Shown piece after piece: positions 1-8,900 of a stretch of 64,000 bases of DNA. This DNA is from Candidatus Magasanikiibacteriota bacterium (GTDB lineage: Bacteria > Patescibacteriota > Patescibacteriia > Magasanikbacterales > UBA922), in assembly GCA_016193335.1 (NCBI GenBank), contig JACPSK010000001.1, forward strand, positions 519,738 through 583,737. Reading direction: 5' to 3'. Below the pieces are notes generated by a model. The model had not been told where the DNA came from. It ran no database searches and saw only the letters and a list, made by a program, of their open reading frames with translations. Both the position numbers and the translations under genes were made by a program. Within the stretch, counting starts at the first letter, position 1, and every line of letters begins with the position of its first letter.

Positions 1-54
1 ATTTTTTAAAATCTTGTAGAATCTGTTGAACAGAACGTTTGAGATGCAAATAGA

Positions 55-1185
55 CTATTTTAGATACTTTTTCCCCTTCAATTCCTCAGGAAAATAACTC
101 TCCTCGTCATATTTGCTGTATCCCTCCCCATATCCAAGTTCTTTCATGAGTTTGGTCGAGGCATTGCGGACCTTAAGCGGGATGGGAAGATTCCCGTATT
201 TTTGCACGTCTTTCACTGCGATTTGGAGAGCGTCGTAAGCCCTGCGATCTTTTTTACAGGAAGCAAGATAAGCCACTCCATGAGCGAGGTTGATGGCGCA
301 TTCCGGATAACCAATAATCTCAACCGCTCGAAACACGGCATTTGCCACCACAAGCGCCGTAGGCTGGGCAAGTCCTATGTCTTCTGAAGCAAAAACCACC
401 ATGCGGCGCGCTATAAATTTCGGGTCTTCCCCTGTTTCCACCATGCGAGCCAAGTAATACAAAGCCGCGTCAGCCTGACCTGATCGCATACTTTTGATAA
501 AAGCGGAAATCGTGTTGTAATGTTCTTCGCCTTTTTTGTCGTAACGCAGATGTTTATCTTGGAGCGTGCTCGTAAGCGTTTCCACTGTTATCTTCTTGTA
601 CAAATCACGAGTATGTTCGAGCATACCGAGAGCCTGGCGCGCGTCTCCATTCGCCATCTGGATAAGCCAATCCTCAGTGTCCTTGTCCATAGATAAGCCG
701 GCACGCCGTATAATTGCCCGCATATTTTCTTCGGAGAGTTCATGAAGGGTAAACACACGACAACGCGACAACAGAGGGGCGATTACTTCAAAACTCGGAT
801 TTTCCGTAGTCGCTCCGATAAGCGTTATCTCTCCACTTTCCACATAAGGCAAAAGAAAATCCTGCTGGGCTTTATTGAAACGATGAATTTCATCCAAAAA
901 CAATACTCTCGGCCTGCCATCTGAATTTTGTTTTAAAAGGTTCCGAATATCTTGTTTGCCCGCCGATACTGCGGAAAGTTCAGCGAGATCGGCATCAAAA
1001 GCCCGGGCGTAAATCCGCGCCAGCGTGGTCTTACCCACTCCTGGCGGACCCCAAAGAATAAACGAAAACAGATGCTGTTTTTCTATAGCTTCTCTCAGGG
1101 GCTTTCCTATCTCGGTAAGATGTTCTTGCCCTACGAATTGCTCCAGAGAAATGGGGCGCAACTGTTCGGGAAGCGGAGTCTTCAT
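55..1185 (-). CDS. rarA: Replication-associated recombination protein A (AAA+ ATPase RarA/MgsA)
   Basis: Walker A GPPGVGKTTLARIYA, Walker B VLFLDEIHRFNK, sensor/arginine region and MgsA-type C-terminal helical domain. The ORF track extends to 1239, but the likely start is the internal MKTPLPEQL. Confidence 0.85.
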   Translation of the reverse strand: MKTPLPEQLRPISLEQFVGQEHLTEIGKPLREAIEKQHLFSFILWGPPGVGKTTLARIYARAFDADLAELSAVSAGKQDIRNLLKQNSDGRPRVLFLDEIHRFNKAQQDFLLPYVESGEITLIGATTENPSFEVIAPLLSRCRVFTLHELSEENMRAIIRRAGLSMDKDTEDWLIQMANGDARQALGMLEHTRDLYKKITVETLTSTLQDKHLRYDKKGEEHYNTISAFIKSMRSGQADAALYYLARMVETGEDPKFIARRMVVFASEDIGLAQPTALVVANAVFRAVEIIGYPECAINLAHGVAYLASCKKDRRAYDALQIAVKDVQKYGNLPIPLKVRNASTKLMKELGYGEGYSKYDEESYFPEELKGKKYLK

Positions 1186-1319
1186 ATATATAATGTATAT
1201 GGCAATTGCCATTGTAGCATAGCAAGAATCAATATACATATTATTGACTCAACAGATATTTTCATGTTATATAGCTTATGTTCAGACGCTGTCACATAGC
1301 GATTTGAACAAAGGGAGGT

Positions 1320-1634
1320 ATGGACGAAACACACGACTTTGTTGTTCTTTCTCTTGATATCAATACCAGAGGGCTGGCAGTTCGGATCTGTGTCCATGTT
1401 CCTGAATTGGTCGAAATGGACCTAAACCTTAGTCTCAGACCCCCTGAGACCTTGACGCTGAGAGGCAGGGTGGTTAAGATTGACCCGCCTGAACCTGCCC
1501 CCGGACAAGGGATATATCAAGTTATGCTTGTGCTGGAAGATCCTGGACCTGAAGAGATGCGACACCTGAGCGGCTACTTGCTGTCGCAACTCTCATGGGA
1601 TAGGAAAAGAATGCACAAGCACCGGATCCAATAG
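1320..1634 (+). CDS. Hypothetical small protein (weak PilZ-like D-x-N-x-x-G segment)
   Basis: 104-aa ORF in an intergenic gap with typical codon usage. The LSLDINTRGLAV stretch only loosely resembles the PilZ DxSxxG motif. Confidence 0.35.
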   Translation: MDETHDFVVLSLDINTRGLAVRICVHVPELVEMDLNLSLRPPETLTLRGRVVKIDPPEPAPGQGIYQVMLVLEDPGPEEMRHLSGYLLSQLSWDRKRMHKHRIQ

Positions 1635-1865
1635 AGGGAGGCCATCTCGATGACAGCTCCTCGCCTCAGCGAGCAGACGAGGAGCATTGCACTTCAAAAA
1701 AAGAATTGTTATGCTATCTAATAGATCAAACGCATGGGACATTTTTACCAAAATGCCTCGAACCTAATGCTTCTAAGTAATGCGGGGCGACAGGACATAA
1801 ATGAAATTTTTAATTTACAATTTTTATCCGGATTTGGTCTGGACTTAATCTAACTTCACAACTAT

Positions 1866-2600
1866 ATGGCTTATGCTATCGGCATTGTTATCTTTATCCT
1901 TCTTATCAGTATCCGTCAGGTAAATGAATACCAGCGCGGAGTCAAATTCCAATTCGGCAAATTCGTGCGCGTAGTAAGCCCGGGCTGGCGTTTGGTAGTG
2001 CCTATTTTCCAAAGCATGACCAGAGTGGACATGCGGGTAAAAGCCGTAGATGTGCCGCTCCAGGAAGCAATCACAAAAGACAATATATCTGCAAAAATTA
2101 ACGCCGTGATTTATTACCGCGTTTCAGACGCTTCCAGAGCCATCCTTGAAGTGGAAAATTTTTGGTTCGCGGTGTCTCAACTCGCCCAAACCACCATGCG
2201 CAATGTAGTGGGTGAGCTCGAACTCGACGAACTTCTGGCGAACAGAGAAGCCGCCGCAAAAAAAATAAAAGAAATTGTGGACCATGCCACTGACTCTTGG
2301 GGCATAAAAGTGGAAAGCGTGGAGCTCAAAGATGTTATTCTTCCGGAAGACATGCAAAGGGTTATAGCAAAACAAGCTGAAGCAGAACGTGAAAAACGAT
2401 CCGTGATTATAAAAGCAAGCGGAGAAGTGATAGCGGCTGAAAATATTGCCAAGGCGGCAGAACTCCTATCAAGAGCGCCAGGCGCTATGCATCTCCGGAC
2501 GCTAAGCACCATAAACGATCTAAGTTCAGACCAATCGAATACGGTCATTTTTGCCATGCCTCTCGAAGTGCTCCGAGCTTTTGAGAGAATGGGGAAATAA
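1866..2600 (+). CDS. SPFH/band-7 domain protein (stomatin/prohibitin-like)
   Basis: N-terminal TM helix, then SPFH hallmarks: YQRGVKFQFGKF, NAVIYYRVSDASRAI, and a coiled-coil AEAEREKRSVIIKASGE region. Confidence 0.8.
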   Translation: MAYAIGIVIFILLISIRQVNEYQRGVKFQFGKFVRVVSPGWRLVVPIFQSMTRVDMRVKAVDVPLQEAITKDNISAKINAVIYYRVSDASRAILEVENFWFAVSQLAQTTMRNVVGELELDELLANREAAAKKIKEIVDHATDSWGIKVESVELKDVILPEDMQRVIAKQAEAEREKRSVIIKASGEVIAAENIAKAAELLSRAPGAMHLRTLSTINDLSSDQSNTVIFAMPLEVLRAFERMGK

Positions 2601-2636
2601 AATATCAATAAATTTATTATTTTAAACTGTAAGAAT

Positions 2637-3047
2637 ATGAATGAAATGCATGAAGGTAGCGCGGCATGTCCCATATGCGGTACTCCCACTCACATCGGGT
2701 GCGAGTGCGGGGGGGGAAATAAACCAACAGAGTACGAGCCAACGTTCAATTATCCCGAGGAACGGATGGCTTATGACATATTGACTGACAAAAGCAAATT
2801 TAACGAACTAAAAACAAAACTGGAAAACGGTGAACCCGTTACCACGGATGAGATGGATGGACTCGTCACGCTTGAAGCTGTGAGAAGAAGCGGGACAGGA
2901 GAAAACTCCATCTATAGCATTGACGAAGACCGGTTAGGTGAACCGGCAAAGCAACGTCTTCAACACATGAGAGAACGTATAGTTGTATCTGACGCGGAAG
3001 CAGCGGAATTAGGCCAGTTGGCCAGAAACGCGAGGGACAAGAGATAG
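2637..3047 (+). CDS. Hypothetical Cys-rich small protein
   Basis: 136-aa ORF with CPICGTPTHIGCECGGG, a putative metal-binding N-terminus. No recognisable family. Confidence 0.4.
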   Translation: MNEMHEGSAACPICGTPTHIGCECGGGNKPTEYEPTFNYPEERMAYDILTDKSKFNELKTKLENGEPVTTDEMDGLVTLEAVRRSGTGENSIYSIDEDRLGEPAKQRLQHMRERIVVSDAEAAELGQLARNARDKR

Positions 3048-3272
3048 GTGAAAAATAATGAAATGAGGAGAAGCCCGGCACGACCCGGGCTTCTTTATTC
3101 TCCATGTGATGTTAGACGCAATCTTGAACAAAAATTGGAGACTTTGCTGAAAGAAACTTTTCGTAATTCAAAAATTCGTAGCAATCAACTTGCCGCTCAA
3201 CGAGATTGACAAAAAAGCTGTTCAGCTGTTACCTTAGGCATTGACTCAAACCAACAACATGGGAGAGACGTC

Positions 3273-4691
3273 ATGTCGGAGATTTCTCATTCTTTTGACT
3301 TCCGTGTACGACGGGTTTTGAATTGGTTGCCTCTTGGCTTGGCCTACGCCCTTCTCTACATGGGGCGCTACAACCTCACGGTTGCTCAGAATGCTCTCGG
3401 CGATAGCTTGATGAGCAAGGCTGAGTTTGGGACCATTTTTGGAGTGGGGGCTTGGGTCTACGCCCTGTCCTTTATTGTAAATGGGCCCCTGACCGACCGC
3501 TTTGGTGGACGGTGTATGATGCTCGTCGGGGTCTTTGGCGCGATCGTGGCCAATTCCCTGATGGGTTTGGTCCTCTACGGGATGACCAATTTGGGATGGA
3601 GCGTTTCGCTCATCCATGCCTTCACCGTTCTGTACGCGGTCAACATGTACTTCCAAAGCTTTGGCGCCGTGGCCATCGTCACGACCAAGGCCCCCTGGTT
3701 CCATGTCAGCGAGCGCGGGACCTTCTCCACGATCTTCGGCGTGCTCATCGCCCTTGGCATTTTCTTTGCCTTTGACTGGGGCTTTGCCATCGTGGAAGCC
3801 AGCCGCGCCGCGCCCAAGGAAAACCTCGGCTTCTGGGCCGGCGTCTTTGGCTCTATCTTCGGACTGGGCAAGAGCGGAACGGACGAGAACTGGATGATTT
3901 TCTTCGTTCCCTCGGCGCTCCTCTCGGTCTTCTGGGTGCTGATGTTCCTCTGGCTCAGGAATACTCCCGGCGAAGCCGGCCACAAGGACTTCCACACGGG
4001 CGAGGAACGGCTCCAATCCGGAGGAAAGAAGGACTCGGTGTTCCAGATCTTCCGGAAAATCCTCAAGCACCCGGTGCTCCGCGTGGTCTGCATCGTGGAG
4101 TTCATGAGCGGAGTGCTCCGGAACGGAGTGATGCACTGGTACCCCATGTTCGCCAAGGAACTGGGCTTCAAGAAGCAGTTCTGGGTCAGCGACAACTGGG
4201 GACTGGCGCTCCTCATCGCCGGGCTCCTCGGCGGCATCTTCTCCGGCTGGTGCTCGGACCGGTTCTTCCAGTCCCGCCGCGCGCCCATGGCTACCATCCT
4301 CTACGGGCTCATGCTCGCGGCTACGGGAGCCATGGTCTTCAGCCTCGACGCCAACTGGTGGTTCATGGGAATAGCCATCCTCGTGGTCTCCATGAGCGTG
4401 ATCGGTGTGCACGGGATCTTCTCGGGCACGGCAACGGCAGACTTTGCCGGAGCCAAGAACACCGGCGCCGCGGTGGGGATCGTGGACGGCATGGTCTACC
4501 TGGGAACAGGCCTCCAATCGCTCGTGATCGGCGGCCTTGTGCCTTCCGGCCAAGCTGCCAAGGACCCTGCCAACTGGATCTTCTGGCCGGTCGTCCTGAT
4601 CCCGGCCGCTTTCATCGGCCTCTGGTTCGCCTCGCGAATCTGGCATGCCAAGCCTAGGCCCCAAGCAGAGGCAGTGGCAAGTCGGCGATAA
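3273..4691 (+). CDS. MFS transporter (organophosphate:Pi antiporter / GlpT-like)
   Basis: 472 aa with ~12 predicted TM helices. The N-terminus (LPLGLAYALLYMGRYNLTVAQNAL) resembles the OPA/GlpT family. The gene is ~62-65% GC versus ~40% for its flanks, and a GGGAGAG RBS sits 5 nt upstream. Confidence 0.65.
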   Translation: MSEISHSFDFRVRRVLNWLPLGLAYALLYMGRYNLTVAQNALGDSLMSKAEFGTIFGVGAWVYALSFIVNGPLTDRFGGRCMMLVGVFGAIVANSLMGLVLYGMTNLGWSVSLIHAFTVLYAVNMYFQSFGAVAIVTTKAPWFHVSERGTFSTIFGVLIALGIFFAFDWGFAIVEASRAAPKENLGFWAGVFGSIFGLGKSGTDENWMIFFVPSALLSVFWVLMFLWLRNTPGEAGHKDFHTGEERLQSGGKKDSVFQIFRKILKHPVLRVVCIVEFMSGVLRNGVMHWYPMFAKELGFKKQFWVSDNWGLALLIAGLLGGIFSGWCSDRFFQSRRAPMATILYGLMLAATGAMVFSLDANWWFMGIAILVVSMSVIGVHGIFSGTATADFAGAKNTGAAVGIVDGMVYLGTGLQSLVIGGLVPSGQAAKDPANWIFWPVVLIPAAFIGLWFASRIWHAKPRPQAEAVASRR

Positions 4692-5054
4692 GCGCTACCG
4701 GAGTGGACTATCTCGTTCCTTCACTGTGCAGTTGTGGATCCAATTGCACCCTCGGACTATTATTTTCTTGAATAAAAGAAAGAAATTGACGGGGCAGATA
4801 TTTCATTATCTCTAATGATCTGTCTTAACAGACATGGTAAGGAAAGCACTCTGTTGTCGAACTTTTTCAAAATTTTGAAAAGATGAATTTTCTTTGCATG
4901 CCACTATTAAAACGTCTGCAGTGTGACCCGTAACAGAAACTTTAGAAAAATAAAAAGACTTACTTCATATTTCTCTGTATACACAATATACACATAAAAT
5001 TCTAAAGAAGCGCCAAACTATCTCGTTTCAAAAAGTTATATTTTGCTCAACCGA

Positions 5055-5393
5055 TCATTTGGAATTTGAAAAAATCTGAACCAAAATCAAAGCGAATAAA
5101 AAACACAAAATGTAGGCTGCCGCGAAATTCAGCCAATGGCTTTTGGTAAATTGAAAATTAAACCAAATAAGTACAAGACTAAAAAAGACAGCCGCCAGAG
5201 CTCCATAAATACCACCAACAAGAAAATCTTTCGACAGGCTCTTGTCATTCATGGTTAAGAGGATATAAGAGATCGCGAACACAATCGGGACCCCCCCTAT
5301 GGCCCCTGCCAACTTTGGGCCTGAAAATTTAGCAATAAGCAAAATAAGAGCAGTCGCCAAGGCCGAAGCCAAACTTTTGAGTACAATATCCAT
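5055..5393 (-). CDS. Hypothetical small membrane protein (3-4 TM)
   Basis: 112-aa hydrophobic ORF with host-like AT-rich codon usage. Confidence 0.45.
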   Translation of the reverse strand: MDIVLKSLASALATALILLIAKFSGPKLAGAIGGVPIVFAISYILLTMNDKSLSKDFLVGGIYGALAAVFFSLVLIWFNFQFTKSHWLNFAAAYILCFLFALILVQIFSNSK

Positions 5394-5460
5394 AAGATAA
5401 TTTTAAACAATTTGAATTTATAATTCTTGCCTACAGTATAGCACGGAATTATATTTTACA

Positions 5461-5489
5461 TTGACACGAGACAATTTCTAAGCTATACT
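5461..5489 (+). promoter_or_regulatory. Sigma70-like promoter upstream of tRNA-His (TTGACA-17 bp-TATACT)
   Basis: TTGACA at 5461-5466, a 17-nt spacer, and TATACT at 5484-5489, about 43 nt upstream of the tRNA 5' end. Confidence 0.4.
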
Positions 5490-5531
5490 GCTCCCGTTTC
5501 CTCGGGAAAAAAGAGAAGAAGTCCCTTGCGG

Positions 5532-5603
5532 GGTGGCCATGGTGTAGGGGTAACACACGAGATTGTGGCTCTCGTATCACGGGTTCGAATCCCGTTGGTC
5601 ACC
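5532..5603 (+). tRNA. tRNA-His (anticodon GUG) with genomically encoded G-1
   Basis: Manual cloverleaf: acceptor GTGGCCA/TGGTCAC including a G4:U69 wobble; D stem GTGT/ACAC; anticodon stem CGAGA/TCTCG with loop TTGTGGC (GTG at positions 34-36); T arm ACGGG-TTCGAAT-CCCGT. An extra G precedes position 1 and pairs with discriminator C73, which is the His hallmark. Confidence 0.85.
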
Positions 5604-5932
5604 CCGTAGGGGATTTAAAAAAATTCGTTGCTTATCAAATTAAAAAACATCATTGACGATGTTTTTTTGATATTAAAGATGAGATAAAAATTCTGCACTG
5701 TTTAAAGTATATAAACAATCAATGATGCGTCAATCTATCCAACGCGATGAAATATATTTTACAAAACCGCAATGGTCTTTAGTCCAAAACTACAGACGAC
5801 AGTAGGTTCCGGAGGGGGCAGATCCCCATTTCTACAACCCCCATTTCTACATTTTAACAAATCCCACAACATGCTATAATTAAGATTGTAAATTTTGCGT
5901 AATCTCTTACAAATGTCCTATTCATCTATATT

Positions 5933-8900
5933 ATGAGAGATTCGCGTTCAAGTTTTCAACGTCTCACCACTTGGTTCGTTATTTTTACAACCTTGTGGTA
6001 TTTTGTGTTTGGATTATCACCTTTTAACATACAAGACCCCACCGTGCCCGTGGTAAAGGCCGCGGCTGTAAGCTGGGCAGGGGCAAGCACCGGCACCTGG
6101 GAAACGGCGAGCAATTGGAGCGGCGGATCTGTGCCAAGTTCAAGCGATGATGTTACCATATCCCCCACAAGCACCAATATCGCGGTTACTCTTTCTTCAG
6201 GCCAAACCGCTGACTTTAGCACACTCACCATGGGCGGGAACGCCACGTACGGAGTAACAACCACTCTTATTGGAAATATCGGCACAGGCGGAAGCATAAC
6301 CATGCAAGGACGTTCCACCACAACCATCCAAAATGCGACGGCGCAAACTATCAGTGGAACTTTAACCATTCAAGCCGGCGGGGCACTGGTACACGCGGAC
6401 AACAGCACTGCGGCTTCCAATATCATAAGTATAAGTGTTGGCGCTCTTGATCTCCAATCCGGCGGTAGAATAGATTTGGATCGACTCGGCTATGACGGAG
6501 GTACGGGGGGCGCTACCGGTTCCGGACCCGGAGGCGGAGCAAAAGGGTCAGTAGCTTCTGGCGGAGGAGCTCATGGAGGAGACGGCGGCGATGGGTATGA
6601 CGGCTCTGCATTAGAGGGTAGTGGCGGGACAGGCTACGACGACTTCACCGGTCCCACTGATCTGGGATCTGGAGGCGGGGGTCTTAATACCAATGGCCCT
6701 GGTGGAGCCGGCGGCGGGGCCGTAAAAATCACGATCACCGGCGGCGGAACCGCCACAATAAACGGCACTCTAACGACGCAAGGGGGTAACGGAGGAAATT
6801 GGGGTACGTCCCGCACGGGAGGCGGAGCCGGCGGCTCTGTATGGATTAATTTCAGCGCCAACGGCACTTTTGCCGGAAGCGGCGCCATAAACGTGGATGG
6901 AGGGGATGGAGGAACAAACGGCGGTGCCTACGATTACTACGCCGGGGGTGGGGGCGGAGGTCGTATTGCCATTACCGGACACAATTCACACACGTTTTCC
7001 GGAACTCTATCTTATGATGGAGGTACTCTCACAGAATCGGTTTCTAATATAGTTTCTCAAGATGGAGGCGGAGGGACATATTGGCTCAAACAATCCGGCC
7101 AAACTGGTGATTTATATATAGGCGGAAACACAAAGGGGCACGACAATCCTGCGCGCGTAGTGGATACAAAGAGTGTGAATGATATATGGTTCGAAGGAGC
7201 AAGCGGTTTGGCCATAGCAAGCGGAGTCACCATAACATTGGCTTCTTCTACCATATCAGCAGGTACTGCTACATCAAGCATTGATATCGACGGGGTCTTT
7301 AGTCTGCCTACCAGCTTTACCATCCCGAATAAAATTTCCGTTACCACCACGGCCACCGGTCTTGATACGGTAAATTCCCTAACCATAGCAGCCGGAGGAC
7401 GTTTGGCGCTTGAATACATTTCAACCAGTTCTCCGTGGACCCAACTGAGTACCCTTACTCTTAATGGCGATTTGACTCATCTCGCGAACACCAGCACCAT
7501 TCATAATTCTGTAAACATTTCAGCTACCACTATCACCATAGGGACCACGGGAAGAGTAATAGCAGACAGATGGGGCTACCCCGGTGGAGCCCCTAACTCA
7601 AGCGGTTCAGGACCTGGCGCTGGCACATTTTTGGATACGCACGGCGGCGGCGGTGCCTATGGAGGCAATGGTGGAAATGGAGCTTCAGGACAAGGACTGG
7701 GCGGCTCTTTGTATGGAACCACATCCACACCGGAATACGATGCCGGTTCTGGCGGCGGCGGGGCTATCGCTACGGTAAGCGGAGGTCCTGGCGGAGGTAT
7801 CATAAAACTCGTTGCCAGCGGCACTTTTACTTTAAATGGCGCCATTTCCGCAAATGGGTTGGCAGGGCCTAATGGATGCGGCGGAAGCCCGGGAAGAGCC
7901 GGGGGAGGCGGAGCGGGAGGAGGTATCAGAATAGAAGCAGGCACTCTAAGCGGCAGTGGAAGCATTGCGGCAAATGGCGGAGACTCTTGGTGTTCCGCAG
8001 GAGCGGGAGGAGGCGGACGTGTGTTGGTGACCGCCTCAACGTATTCTTTTACCGGCACTGTTACCACCACAGCAGGCCAAGAGCAGCAATTTGGAAATGA
8101 CGGAATTATCGGCACAGCAGTGGTTTCTCCATCTGCCGCCGGCACCCTCTACTCAAACAATACTAGCGCGGCGAGCGGACAAACAAATCCGACTAAATTA
8201 ACAGACATAACTCCCGCCTTTTCTGCTGTTTACAATGACCCTGATTCCGGAGATATTGCGAATAAAGCTCGAATCCAAGTGAGCACCAGCCAAACTATGA
8301 GCTCTCCAATCTGGGACTCAGGATCAGGCGGAACCAGCATCACAAATTGCAGCCAAGGAAATCGCTGTCAAGATTTAGTATTTGGCAGTTTTGGCACTGC
8401 TCCCACCACAAACTTGGCGCTCAATGATGACGCAGACGAAAATTCACAAACCACTTATTATTGGCGGCTAAAATATTTTGATGACGAAGTGGGTGAAGGA
8501 GCCTGGTCTTCCACCTCGACTTTTACTCTCCTCGACGCTCCCAATGAACCGAGCGGGGTCGCCACTTCCACTCTTTCCACTACCGCCTTACTTCTGAGCT
8601 GGACAGACAATTCTTCCATCGAAGATCATTTTGACGTGGACCAATCTACTGATGGAACGAGTTTTACCACTGCCACCACCACCGGAGCAAATACCAGCAC
8701 CTACCATTTTTCCGGCCTCACACCAAACACCCAATATACTTTTAGAGTACGGGCCGGCAACAGCGCCGCGAGCTCTACCTTTGCCACGTCAAGCGCCGGA
8801 TACACGCTTGCCAATGCGCCGATTTCTTTATCCGGTTCAGCGGACAGCATGAGCGCGATCACCACAATTTGGGCCGGGAATGACAATCCAAACGGCACAG

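Noticed and set aside
3246-4664. 472-aa ORF on the minus strand exactly mirroring the MFS transporter gene
   Set aside because: This is a typical antisense shadow ORF in GC-rich DNA. Its translation is Arg/Pro/Gly/His-rich low-complexity sequence with no TM helices or motifs, whereas the plus-strand frame gives a coherent 12-TM transporter.
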